A DNA stretch of 64,000 bases, taken from NCBI GenBank assembly GCA_010015805.1, contig ML978122.1, positions 2,576,453 to 2,640,452 of the forward strand, written 5' to 3'. The notes below the pieces were generated by a model. It saw only the letters and a program-made list of their open reading frames with translations, made no database searches and was not told the origin of the DNA. Below, in pieces: positions 51,577 to 64,000 of the stretch. The number at the start of each line of letters is the position of its first letter. Position 1 is the stretch's first letter. This DNA comes from Rhizodiscina lignyota (Eukaryota). Both the position numbers and the translations under genes were made by a program.

Positions 51577-53884
51577 ATGCTTACATTGAGAGTCTCTCCC
51601 AGGCCCTGGGCAGCAGCCGGCACCGATGCCTCTATCCCTCCATCCAGATACGACTGCTACTGCGGCGTGTGCCTCAACCTCGACGTGGATGCCGCCATGT
51701 CGGTCTATGGGGGACGCGAGGATTTGTACCACGAAGCCGATGGCTGGTGGAGTTGCTGGACTACCCTAACGGAAATCCAAGAAAGCTGCAAGAATGGCTG
51801 CCCGTCGTGCTGTGTTCTTCAGGAAGGTATGCGAAATGTCTTGGGCAGCCATGTGGAAACATCTGGCCCTGAAACGCGTGCGTGCATCAATTTCAAGAAA
51901 GGGAATGTTTTGAAACTATTCCTGGGCGACGGTGAAAGCGGACGTGTGCTGGAGTTCTTCACCCCAGTAGGTGAGTCGAGCTAGTAGTACACATGAGGCC
52001 TCATAACTGTCCGCAATTTTGATTCGGTTAACCAGCGGTGTGTTAGAGAGATCCTGTCCGTGGGATACCATTGGATCCACGATGACTTTCCCGTCCGATG
52101 CTGGATATGCATGGGAAGGCGGAAATGTTCGAAATGTTCCAGCAGACTCAGGGTCTCAACAATGCTTCCAAATGATTCGGTCAAGGTTGGAGCAATGCGA
52201 GAGGCACCATGAACTCTGTCAGAAAGCCGCACACGGTCATCTAACCACACGCGTGATATCTGTCGGATGTAAAGACGATTTCAGCGATATCCATTTATAC
52301 GAAAGTCAAGCTGAGCAAGAGCAGTATATTGCGCTAAGTCATTGCTGGGGAAGACCACAGCATCTTGTCACGAAGCATGATTCATTAGCGGAGAGGAAGA
52401 AGAGTATAGCGTGGGTGGAAATGCCAAGGACATTTCAAGATGCGGTGCGAATCACCCGGAAACTGGGGCAGAAGTACTTATGGATAGATTCTCTGTGCAT
52501 TATCCAAGATGATAAGAATGACTGGGAGAGGGAATCCGCAAAGATGGCGTCGATATACCAGGACGCATACCTTGTTATTGCTGCCACTAGCGGGATCGAC
52601 GGTGATGCTGGTTGTTTTGGCGACAGGCTCCAAGCCCACGTTATACCAGGGACTGATGAAACTGGCAAGAATTTTGAAATACTAGCTCGGGAGCCGCGGG
52701 GCCATCGAATATTCGGCTGGAATACTGCATTGTATATGGAATTTGGCGGGAACGACCAACGCCGACATGTCGCTGATATCTCGTGGGCCTCACATCGCCA
52801 TCCACTTATGGTTCGTTCGTGGTGCTTCCAAGAGCGCGTCTTAGCCCTACGAATGCTTCATTACACAAGCGAAGAAATCATATGGGAATGCTTGGGCTGC
52901 ACCAACTGTGAATGTGGAGCAATGTCAGACTTTTGCGGCGACCTATTGCTTCGTTGTCGACGCCTTGCGCGATTCCAGGCTCAAGAGAATGTCGGCCCGA
53001 CCGAGGTAGAAGTTGAGCGTTAGAAGAGTGTGCTAGAAGAGATGTATGGTAAAAGGGCTGAAATACAAGATCGGTCATTAGAAGAACTTCGTAGCTTGAG
53101 CGACTACATTCTCAAGACCGATCGTCTACGGAAGCGCCGAGGCGATGCGATATTTCTCTTCCAACGATTTAGCTCCAATGCAACAGGTCCATTGGAGACC
53201 CTGTTAACCTACTGGCGTTACGTGGTGTCGGAATACTCGCAACGGAAACTCACATATGACAATGATGTACTTCCGGCATTGTCGGGCCTCGCCAGCAGAA
53301 TGGTAAATGAGCAGACTGGACGGTATCTTGCCGGCTTATGGGAGCATGATCTCTTACGTGGAATGGTATGGTCAGCGTACGGTGAAGAGAAAGAGCTCGG
53401 TTCTGAATATCTAGCCCCTTCATGGAGCTGGGCATCGACTCGTCGAAGCATTGACTGGGCCTTGGGGGCCTCCGAGATTGAATTCCATCTGAAAATTCTC
53501 GAAAGTGACTGCACTGTGCCTGGTCTGGATCGGTATGGCCGCATCGGGAGTGGTTATTTGAGGTTGACCGGATGTTTGATCGAAGGGAAAATACCTGGGA
53601 ATATTCCAACAGCGAGCGACGAGTCGTGCTTCATTGAGTGGAACGGGAACAAGAATCCTTTTAGGCCCGATAGAATCTACAAGCTCCAAAAGGGAAAGAG
53701 CGGCTGTGTTTACTGCTTACGGCTTTGCACCCTTCTTCACGAAGATTCAAAATTCGAGCGAACGCTCGTACTCAGAAAGTTGGCACACAACGACGAGGTA
53801 TATGAACGTCTTGGCCTGATGGTTAACAATCATGCCGATCGTTGGGATAACTGTGGCGACACCAAAGAAATTACGATCATTTGA
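51577..53884 (+). pseudogene. HET-domain (heterokaryon incompatibility) protein gene interrupted by a single in-frame TAG at 53021-53023
   Basis: YIALSHCWG, PRTFQDAV, YLWIDSLCIIQD, MASIY, RSWCFQER, then after the stop YSQRKLT...LPALSGLA, YLAGLW, APSWSWAS; intron 51971-52035. Confidence 0.8.
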
Positions 53885-54178
53885 ATTCTCGTAGTTGATA
53901 TTTTGTATAGTAGAAGTCAGACGTACCCTAAGGAATGAATTTGAACCCCTTTTCTCCCCATCTCATGGCGAATCGGAATTAAGGCCCGCCTTTAAAAGCG
54001 CAGGCCAATTAAAGTCAGGTGAACACGCGCGTCGCCGCGCCAACGGCGCCGGGCCTTTGCCAAGCCGAACGTCACCACTTCAGCTTCCCCTCGCCGTGAC
54101 TTGAACGACGCCATCTCTTGACATCCATTGCATTACTTCTGCGATCCTCGATACAGCTAAGTCATTAAAGTCGTCAAC

Positions 54179-54840
54179 ATGGCGCCCAAACGAAAAACCT
54201 CCGGCCCCGCAGCAGCTCGCTCGCAGCAAAGCACTCTAACTTTCAACGGCCGCTCATCCAAAATCACAAAGCCTAGCGCCACCACACCTTCCACAAAAGC
54301 CGCGAAGAAACTCGATGCCGCAGATATCCCCACTCCTCCTGAAACAAGCCAAATTGATGTCGAGGACATCGCGGATACGAGTGCGGAGAAGGCCGTGCTC
54401 GAGCAGGCGCAGGAAGAAGCGGAGCGGGTAGCGGTCCAGAAGACGCCAGAGGAAGAAGAGGCGAGCAAGATTACAGAGGCTCAGATCAAGAAGTACTGGC
54501 GGGAGAAGGAGAGCAAGAGGATGGTGAAGAGAATACACCAGGAGGATGTGAGCGTCCATGAGCGCGTACTAAGAGAATTTGACATCACTTCGCAGTACGG
54601 GGTAAGTATTTTCAGTACAGTGTTTCAATTCTGTGACAAGACGGGTTGCGCTAACATGTCGTTTTAATAGCCCTCGATAGGAATTGCGCGCATGAAGCGA
54701 TGGCAGCGTGCACACAGGCTTGGGTTGAAGCCGCCAATGGAGGTGCTGGCGGTTCTGCTGAAGGAGCAAGAGGCAGACAACATCAAGGCGCAGAGATCTC
54801 ACGTGGATGAGCTGATGAGCTCACGTTTTAATGAGAGTTA
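54179..54840 (+). CDS. DNA polymerase delta subunit 4 (p12/Cdm1-like)
   Basis: PIP-like QSTLTF; LREFDITSQYG|PSIGIARMKRWQRA...LGLKPP across intron 54602-54670. Confidence 0.9.
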
Positions 54841-55218
54841 GTGTTTCCATTCTGGCCGCGTTTGGAAATTGCGTTCGGAATTGTATGCCCATGTTTTTGC
54901 TGGCGTAATGGCGTTTCGGCGGTAGCAAAGACAATCTGTAGGTGGCTTGAGCTCCTGGATAGCTCACTATCCGCATGGAGTTTGCTATTACCATCGAAGG
55001 ATAAGTACTAGCCGGATGTTCACGTTGAAAGTCAATCATCACGTTGCAAATTAAGTTCAAGAGTTGTTGGCCAGTGATTTTTCATTTTGTAGGCATGGTC
55101 GAGCCATGCATTGTGAAGCTAGTGCACCAGTTCATGCACTGCGTCTGGACACCTTTGTAGTCGTCAACTACTGACATCCCCGATGAGTGCCTTCATGTTG
55201 GCTTCATTCGAGTAAAGT

Positions 55219-55497
55219 TCACTTGGAGCCACCCTTGCGACCGGCCTCCTTCGCAGCCTCGCTGCCGGGCTCAAACGATCCGCTGGAAGCCTTTCCACCT
55301 TCGGACGCGATCTCCCTCTGGACAAAAACGTTAGTGCATGCTATGCAAATCGTTCAAGAAGGGTGGATGCATACCTGCTTGTCTGGGTCCATCGAAGCAA
55401 AGCCGCCTTGGCTGGCTTGACCACCCTTCGAGGCAATTTCTTGAACTTCTTCCTTGGGGCGGTTGGCAAAGTTACCGGGGTTGGTGTTGTCAGTCAT
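55219..55497 (-). CDS. con-10: Conidiation-specific protein 10 (KGG-repeat stress protein); absent from the ORF track
   Basis: Spliced (intron 55318-55374) to MTDNTNPGNFANRPKEEVQEIASKGGQASQGGFASMDPDKQREIASEGGKASSGSFEPGSEAAKEAGRKGGSK. Confidence 0.92.
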
Positions 55498-55604
55498 TGT
55501 GATGGTTTGATTGGTTGATGTGGAAAGCTTTGGTTGAATGTTTCGCCTGTGAGATGGAGGATTTGTGAGTTGATGTTGAGGAAGAGTGCGAGTCCTCCAG
55601 GCGG

Positions 55605-55750
55605 TATATATACACCGTTGATGTGCAATGAACTCTCATATGCGTATTGATGTTGTCAATCTGACGTAGGTAGTAATTGACTCTTGTTTCATAATATGGA
55701 TGTATTCTTAACGTCATCCATGTCCCAAACGCGAAGTGGCGTGACGTCGC
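55605..55750 (-). promoter_or_regulatory. con-10 upstream region: TATA-like tract plus three CRE-like TGACGT sites
   Basis: TATATATA ~55605-55612; TGACGT 55662-55667, ACGTCA 55711-55716, TGACGT 55742-55747. Confidence 0.5.
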
Positions 55751-56804
55751 GCCAAACGAATCAGGAATCGATCCGATACCGCCTTTTCTGATTCGAAAGC
55801 CATATGTCGTGTCGAGAGCGTGGAGTGGGATCAGTCACATCCTTCGTGCCTGCAGATCGCCGGGGAATATTCCCCGACCAATACACTCCAGATCTCCAGA
55901 GACTCCTTAAATAATGCAGTTGTCCGATGTCCGTAAATGCAGCTATTAACCTTCAGCCACGTACGTACATGATCTCATGGAAATGGAAGCCTTCCATGCA
56001 AACAACAAAAAGATAAGTAGAAGTGAGATTGCGACGTATGTCAAGTCTAGGTATTCGGAAGCTCCGCTTCATGATTGGAAATGGTTGCAGAATTATAAGG
56101 CAGTCCTGACGTCGAGATCCTGTTCATCTTCAGGGGTTGAGCTGAAATAGGAATAGCGTTGGTCTGTCAATCCACTTCATACTTGTGCCCCTTATGTACT
56201 GTAACAGAAAGTGAATTGTACACTGAGCTCTTCGTATCTGTGATCCATGGTCATCTAAATTCTGCTGTTCAACACAACCGAGAGCACCTCTGGAGCTCGT
56301 ATGTCATATGACTGGGGCAGTGTCTGTGGAGAATTCCACCGTCGAGGAAGTTTCAACTCTGTTTAGAGAAAGAGTTGAGGCACCTTGACAGCTCTATGTG
56401 CTGAGATACCATGTGCCAAGTAAGATTTACTTTGCTGAAGGGCGACGTATATGCGTTGACAAGGGTGCCAGATGCACGGGATTGGCACACATGCTGGCTT
56501 TGCCGCAGATGAGCCCGACCAAGGACGATCCTCTGTACCACCGGATGACTGTTGACTGAGTGGAACAGACTTGGCACTTTCGGGAGCTCGTATCGATAGT
56601 AGTCGTATCGTCAGCCGTGTTATTACGGTCTTACCGCCTAACAAGCCCCGATCCGAGGCGGTTTAGCGCGAAATAATTGATAGAATGTCGTTTGAAAATC
56701 TCCTGGGTCTCTGGATGACGTGTAATTGAACAGTCAAGCCTAGCGAGATTGATGAGTCGAAGCATAAGACCAAACCATGGTTGCTCTATTTGATTGAGCT
56801 TAAC

Positions 56805-57179
56805 ATGGAGCCAAATGTATGGGAGGCGCTGGAGGCCGTCGTCGTGAACAGCGCGAACAAGGCACGAGCGCGGTCCCTTCTTCACCCTCGATTTCTGAAG
56901 AGCCACAGTCAGGTGGAAGGTGATGTTCGGCCAGCGAGACTTAGGACTCATCAAAGAATCAAAATCGGTCGTCGAGCCGTCGAGACCCGCGTGCAGGATG
57001 AGGAAATGCGATGGAACTCCAGCGGCCGCGGCACGGCGATCTATGCATCTCTGAAAGCTCGATTCCACATCCCCTGGACAGTGCCCCTGAACCAAAATTT
57101 AGTCAACGAGATTCTGGAGTTTTACCTCACGGGTGTCCAAATGGCGGAGCTTGGTAAAGGATTAAATGTATATTATTAA
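56805..57179 (+). CDS. Possible hypothetical protein or exon
   Basis: Open frame MEPNVWEALE...EILEFYLTG followed by a plausible GTAAAG...TTAAC...CAG intron; no recognisable family. Confidence 0.35.
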   Translation: MEPNVWEALEAVVVNSANKARARSLLHPRFLKSHSQVEGDVRPARLRTHQRIKIGRRAVETRVQDEEMRWNSSGRGTAIYASLKARFHIPWTVPLNQNLVNEILEFYLTGVQMAELGKGLNVYY

Positions 57180-57820
57180 CCGAGTTTCGCTCTTCAGTAG
57201 AGGTGAGAGCTTCTCCGGAGTTTCGATGCAATCTATTTCGGATACTATTTACTATGACTTGCACTATTGATAAAGTTCAGATCCGGATTCTTGAATAGGC
57301 TACGCACCCAAAACGCCTGATATCTTGTACCACAACATGGTGTCAGCCTTTAAATGAAAAGAGAGCCTCTGAGAGCCAATGTAAATGTGCTCGAAGTAGA
57401 CCTTATGAAACAAAAATTAGTATACTATATACATAGCTACCTCGAGATTGACGAAATCGTTTAGCCTGGTAAAGAACCGAGAAATACTATCTCCAAAGTG
57501 TGTTTCTTATCAACAGAGGCGAGATCACCGGTAGAAACGGCATTTAATATAGTTTAGCCAAGGTTTATCGAAATTGTACAGCATCAACGAACCGTCTATT
57601 GTAATTGAAGAGACCCAGTATCTAAGAAGGGATATAAAGGTTAGACGCAGGTAACATTCACGAGTTTTGCTCTCCAACACAAGCGAGAGTGTCGCCGGAA
57701 GTAGAGTACAGCTTAATTTAGCTAGTGTTCTTTGAATTGTAAAGCCTTAATGAACCTCTTTTGATTGAATTGTGTGTGCCTGGCCTAACTTGCCCACCAA
57801 CATGTCTTTCTTTTCATATC

Positions 57821-58491
57821 CTACTGTGTATCGCGACCCCAGAGACCCCGCACCGCCACCGGAACCTGCCATGCGGGCGGTGGCGTCGGCATGAAGGTGC
57901 TCGACGCCGCGGCCACGTACCGACCGATCGCCGCCTTCTCCTCCTCCGTCGGGAGTCTGCCTCCCCAGCCCGTGCTGCCGACATAGTGCTCGTATGTCGC
58001 CTTCGCCGCCGCCACAAACATTCCCCGAGTGTACTCACACCAGCCGCCGTCCTCCGCAATGTACTCGTTCTTGAGGATGTCCTCGAAGTCGTGTAGCCAG
58101 CGCTGAGCGTCGCCCATGGAGAATTGACCGCGCCAGAATGCGGTCTTGGCCTCGCCAGTCATACTCGCGTAGCCGTTCGTGGCCTCGACGGCGTTGCGGA
58201 TCTAAGAAATCTTGAGCATGTGCGAGGCTTGTGGTGATTGATACTTACATAGTGGTGGAACTCCTCGTTGTCCCACAGCGAGCCTTGCCATTTGCGAACC
58301 CACGCGCTCCTCTGTGCTCGGATCCATTCCACCGCCATCTCGTCAGTGCGCAGGTGAGGCCCGAGAGCTTCGAGGCAGTGAGACTCGGTGAGACGCATGT
58401 GACGGTAGAAGTAGACCATGCAGCGGAATTCCAGTACCTTGCTATCGATATCTTTCGCGTCGCCTCGCATCCAACGCAGAGGTGATGCCAT
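57821..58491 (-). CDS. Hypothetical protein (paralogue of 39914-40652)
   Basis: Two exons joined by a phase-0 GTAAGT...TAG intron (58202-58248), about 208 aa, GC-rich coding-like composition, upstream TATAAA. Confidence 0.75.
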
Positions 58492-60222
58492 GGTGTTTTA
58501 GGGGTGAAGGAATCTGGAGAGTGGTACTGTTGATGGGTGTGAAGGTTGGTTGTGGAGATTGAGTCTGAAGAACGGTTTTTTGATGGTTGCGAAAGTCAAA
58601 GCAGGACAAGAACTTTGTTTATAAAGGACCGATCTTGACGTGAGGCCATGTTTGATTATGGCAGACACGGAGGGGAGGTTGGGCAATTGACCGTGCACAG
58701 TGTTGTTGCTGTGTACTTGAAACAAACATTCAGGCTCGATCAATGGCGCACTGTACGCAAGTGTCCGTGCATAATGTTGTTGCTATGCATTCGAAACAGT
58801 TATCCAGACGTGACCAATGGCAACACTGCACGTTCTAGGCACCATCGACGGGAAATTAGCAAGAACTAAATGAACGGAAGGTTTACGCGTACCTAATGTT
58901 TGATAAAATCAAAGAGGTGCCTAGCCTAAAGATTATTCGAGCCGACGCATTCGCGCGCGTTTCGAGACCCCTTTTGAGACTAATAACCCTGTGAAGACGC
59001 AACGGGTATTGATTTCATGTAACAAATGTGCTGTAGCCTAACAATGGCACATTTCGTGTACAGTCATGGCGTCTCCAACGTTCGGAGTTGTGCTTCTGAA
59101 GCTTGGCTTCGAAAGCTTTTACGAGAGTGCATGGCGGCTAGCGAGCAACTGGAACGTAGTTAGCATAATTGCTGTTATTATCGCCAGCATGGAGATGAAC
59201 GTTGTGCACAGCCAAGAGGAAGTGAAAAGAAATCTGATAGATCTCCCTAAACAAGAGGTGGCCAAATTCGAGGTCGAAACTTGCCCTCGACATGCTTACT
59301 CTGAAACTTCATCCACACTACAAACAGCCACCACCAACCTGTCTATGATCTCTCAGGCGATACGCAATGTGAGATGAGAGCCCTTGGTTCAAGTCCAAAT
59401 AGGGGCGGTCATCCATTTCCATCCACTGCCCCTGCGCTGCGTTGATGCAACGACTTTGCTCTTCTGCTTTTACATTTTTCTCCGCCATCCTCTTCAGCTA
59501 ATTTTTGCTTTGAATTTATGTCTTCCTCCAAGCTCTTGCATATATCCGATCCCATCTCAGTAATGGCCACCCATGATGATGCTGCTCAGCGAGGAGTTTT
59601 CGTGACGACCTGAGTCGTTGACGTCTGGATATGCAAGCCACATCGGGCAGGGATGTTCCCCACACCGCTACTCTAGCCACAGGCTTGACCACGCGGGATC
59701 GCCCTTGAATCTCCAACGTCCAGATCTTGTGCATCTGAGATTGCACTTGTTGTTTCGGTCTAGGACCATTCCTGAGAGAGCTTCATAACTGATCTGGAAG
59801 TTCTGTTAGCTTCCAATTGAGTGGAATATATTTTAATATTGCGACATCTGCGGGCTTTCTCAAGCGAGTCATGCTGCATATGCCCGTGTTGGAAAGCGCG
59901 CGTTAATTGGCCAAGCAACCGTGGGTGTGAACGCGGTCAAGGATGGAGGATGCGTGCCAGGGTCCCACACTCCCGTCCTCTTGCGAGAGATCGAGTTCTC
60001 TCCGATAAGCAAAATCCCATGATCGCCTCGTGCTGCAGTGCATCCAGCAACCTTGTCAAAGCACATATATAGTCGCCCTTCGCCCTCAGCCTCGCCAGTG
60101 TCTTCTGCGAGACTTTTTCACGCGACTCACCGTGCACGAGTCGGTGTAAACAAAACGCGATTCCTCAGCCGAATGACGGGACACGATAACAACGCAGGCA
60201 GTTCGAGGAGGATATTGAGGTA

Positions 60223-63200
60223 ATGCTTGCGTCACTATTTCGGCCACGATCAGGCCGGCATCATTCGCAGGAATCTGGTGTATCTCCAAACTCGAGAGGC
60301 AAATACCATCGAGTCCAGACGGAGACGTACCACGAGGAAGAACACTCAGAAGGAGACGACGAAATCTACGACGATGAGGAGGAATACGATGATCAAGATG
60401 GGGAAGTGGAAGATGAGGATGAAGATGAGGACGGAGACGAGGATCCACTCCTTCCAATATTCTCCGCTGAAGTTCTCGGTGAGCACTCAATTGAAGTGGT
60501 TGGAGACGAGATGAAAAGCTGACCGCTCTGGCCATTGTAACAGACAAGCTACCTGTATACAACCTGACACATTCCATCCGCCTTCTCGTCGTCCAGCGAT
60601 GCGAGACAACCCTCTCTTGGGACCAGCTACGGTCGCCCCAGATATCGCAGTTCCTTATTAAGCCTATACAACAGCAAATACGCAACTCCAACTTCTCCCG
60701 CGCTACCCTCTACGCCCTCATCGCAAACGCACTACAATTTCAGAAGGAGGGCCAGCTAAACCCGGGCACTGTAGGCATAAGCAAAACGCGTGCAATGATA
60801 TGCGAACTGTTAGCCATGCGGTTGCTGAAAGAGTTTACAATTCGAGAGCTCATCGATGCTCTATCGTATGATTTTGATCCTCTGCGAGGTATGCACCGTA
60901 ATTCAGGGACGGTTACACCGGGAGGAATACGGCTCAGAACGCAAGCTTCGGCTCGAATATCGACGATTGAGGTAGCGATCAGAGGTCAATCGAAAAGATT
61001 TCTTGCTCATCCACTTGTGGTCCAACAGCTCGAGGCAATATGGGCGGGAAACATCGTCTTCCACTCTGCTGCGGACTATTTGCATCGCCCACCATCAAGG
61101 CAGCCACCTTTCCTTGGACAGTCTTATGGCACCATTAACTCTTCAACGGTTAAGCAAAATGAAGGTGAAATTATGTACGGGCAGCACCTGAGACGCACTG
61201 CAACACTCTATGACCCGGCCGAATCATCGCTCTTCAAGTTATCCAGACTTCGAGTTCCAAGATATCGTCAACTCTTCTCAACTTGCTCATTCGCTATCAT
61301 GCTTGGACTATTCCTAGCAGTCCTCATCCAGAGATCGCAAGAGATCACAGCTCTAGAAGTCGTATTCTGGTTCTGGAGCGCCGGCTACATGCTTGACGAA
61401 ATCGTCGGTCTCACAGAAGAAGGATTTGGCCTCTACATCATGTCTATCTGGAACGCGTTCGATATCGGAATCCTTCTGCTCTTTTTCGCTTACTATGCCT
61501 TGCGCCTGTATGGCATTGTGATCCCGACCGCACGTAGGAGAGAAACCGCAAACATGGCATATGATGTCTTAGCATCGACTGCAGTACTACTATTCCCGCG
61601 CCTGTTTTCTGTCCTGGACCATTATCGTTACTTCTCACAGCTTCTGATAGGTAAGTCTGCTATCGCATCTTAAATATTCAAGCTAACATCTATAGCGTTC
61701 CGCATGATGGCGCTTGATCTGGCGGCTATTCTCATCTTGATTCTCATAGCGTGTTCTGGATTTTTCGTTGCGTTCACGGTTGCTTTTTCGAACAACGAAT
61801 TCACCGCTCCGAAGGCAGCATACACTCTATTCCAAATACTAATGGGTTTCACGCCTGCTGCGTGGGATATATGGGATAGCTACAATATCCTGGGAAAAGC
61901 GATACTGACACTCTTCCTATGTATCTGTCACTTCTTGATCGTCACCATTCTAATCACAGTCCTCACCAACAGCTTCATGGCTGTCGTCCAAAACGCAAAC
62001 GAGGAACATCAGTTCCTCTTTGCGGTTAACACTATCAGCATGGTCAAGTCGGACGCTCTGTTCTCGTATATTGCACCTTCCAATGTCATTGGTTGGCTCA
62101 TGCGACCAATGACATATGTCCTTCCCTTCCGAAGATACGTCAGGTTTAATCGGACCATCATCAAGTTGACGCATTTCCCACTGCTCTGGTCCATTTTCGT
62201 ATACGAACGCTTCGTCCTTAGTCGGCGCATCTACGAACCTACAGATCTTGTCGAGCAAAGAGGTCGATCGTCTGGAAAAATGCCAGCGTTTTCGATGCGT
62301 GCTCCGACTGGAGGAGCCTTGTTCAGTCCAGGCGCTAGACTGAGAGAACCAAGTGTTGCCACGTTTCACAAGGATCGTGCGCTAGACGAAGTATTCAGAC
62401 GACCATTCAAGACTGGAAGCCGCACAAACCTCTCTGACAGGAAAAAGACCGTTGTGCACGACTGGATGGAAGGCATGGGCGATGAAGGTGGACCAGAAGA
62501 GCCTCCAGAACAATCCCGCTCAATTGTTGATCTATTAGAATCTGGACGGCCCAGTTACAGACGAAGTAAGACTGGCGAGCTGATGGCAAAGAGGCACATG
62601 TCCCTAGCTACCAGATCAATTGCATCAGACCCAGAAGAGTTGAGGAGCAGTATGATTGGCATTCCGAAACGTATATTAGAGGAAGACGAAGGGGATGAAG
62701 AAGATTTAACAGAAAGTAGAGATATCGAAGGGGACAGCCGTCAACAAAACCTCTACTCTGAAGATGTCACACCAGAATCGGATCAGGAGCATGTGGATAC
62801 TGGTGCGGAAGAGTCTGACAAGGAAAATCGCCGTTTTCGTTCTAGCCAAGTTGGTTCATACTTCGACACGTCTGCTTCAATGCGGTCTCGACCTGAGTCT
62901 CAGGGGCGCTCGGGGATACAAGCCTCTTCACCTGTGCCTCTTGCTCCCCCACAGCGCGCGATCAAACCGAGACACCCTCTAGCGGAACAGCCTCTTTCGT
63001 CCGTCTCGCCACAGAAAAGCCGTCGTCAGGATCGTCCGCAACGATTCCATCATCGCACCATCTCCACCAATACAATTCTGTACTCTCCTCTAGATGTAGA
63101 TTCCGGGGCTCAGGTCAGTCAACAAGCCCAGCCTCGTCGCCCTCAAGTCCAGCTCTTCAAAACCCCTATCTCTCACTCTCCCCGCTCTCGTTCGCGATCT

Positions 63201-64000
63201 CCCGTCAAGGGCAGCTCCTCGGGTCCAACAACCGCCAAACAATCTTCTGGGGTCATAACACCGGGACGTGGTGTCCTTGCTGGTGGAGGCGCTAAACGCC
63301 CTCCCACTTCTGGTGGACAAGCACAAGCAAAGCCGAGGCCAATCATGCCCCCTCGTGGCTTCCACGAAACGGCTCCAAATCTCAATCTCGCCGGATTCTT
63401 AGCCCTCGACAGGGAGCTGGATCGCAGGAAGCCCAGCTTCAACACCATTGCATTAGACCTGGCCTCAGATCTCGGGGACAATAGATACAGGCCAGATGTT
63501 GGCGCTATTAGCGGTATGCCTGCCAGCTTTTCCACACAATTGGAGGTGGAACGACAGAGGCACCTGAAACAGCAGATTGCAAAAATGCAGACGAAGCCGA
63601 GCAAACCTGGAACTGCAGCACGACTGGGTTTTGGATTTCCATTCCCAAGCGCTGCGAATCCATTTTCTCTTGGCCATGCTAAGGACGAGGATGGTGAAAA
63701 TGACGACGAAGGAGATGGCGCACGACGAATGTCGAAGTTAATGCTCGCTCGTATGTCAAATCTGGAGGAAGGGTTCCGAGAAGTTTTGAACGAAGTCCGA
63801 GAGTGGAGGAGAGAAGGCGGGATCAGGACTATGCCTGCGACTGCACCTGGCAGTGCGGGAAGTACGGAAATTGGGGAGAAAATTCCAAGAAGAGGAAGTG
63901 ATGGTGCAGAGATTGAGAGCCCAAGAGAGAGGAGGAGAGGGAGAGGCAAGAGAAAGATGCCCCTTGACGATGACGGTGTGCAACACGCGGATTTCGGACG
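60223..64000 (+). CDS. YVC1/TRP-like cation channel with long C-terminal tail; runs off the window end
   Basis: TLSWDQLRSPQISQFL, ICELLAMRLL, AHPLVVQQLEAIWAG, SRLRVPRYRQ, TM helices, ITVLTNSF, AVNTISMVKSDALFSY; introns ~60479-60543 and ~61650-61695. Confidence 0.85.

Noticed and set aside
59066..59377. 103-aa ORF
   Set aside because: No motifs, splice support or coding-like bias recognised
60330..60445. GAR/GAY-rich low-complexity tract
   Set aside because: Encodes the acidic N-terminal stretch of the channel; not a separate repeat element
63173..63949. 258-aa minus-strand ORF
   Set aside because: Antisense shadow of the open plus-strand channel C-terminus

Overview
Gene-dense filamentous ascomycete (Pezizomycotina) genomic DNA with short GT-AG introns and RIP-type AT-rich relics. 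Left arm: 3' end of Dicer-like 1, a SnoaL/NTF2 protein, a beta-lactamase-family hydrolase, DDB1, an amidase, and a large NACHT-ankyrin NLR broken by a frameshift. Centre (18.3-30.0 kb), the most interesting part: a compact, apparently intact five-gene biosynthetic cluster made of a flavin-dependent halogenase, a SAM methyltransferase, an A-T-TE NRPS-like arylpyruvate-condensing enzyme (quinone-type Ser/Asn/His TE), a cytochrome P450 and an O-methyltransferase. It is predicted to make a halogenated, methylated terphenylquinone- or bis-indolylquinone-type metabolite, and two inverted solo LTRs with 5-bp target-site duplications bracket three of its genes. Right arm: carboxylesterase, NmrA-like protein, DcpS, a pyruvate decarboxylase-family enzyme, GH130, M13 peptidase, Zn2Cys6 TF, Rpc5, GST-like protein, SDR, a HET-domain gene with one in-frame TAG, Pol delta subunit 4, con-10, two distant paralogues of an unrecognised protein family sharing an intron position, and the 5' part of a YVC1/TRP-like channel. 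All calls come from motifs and splice signals read by eye; no database searches were run.
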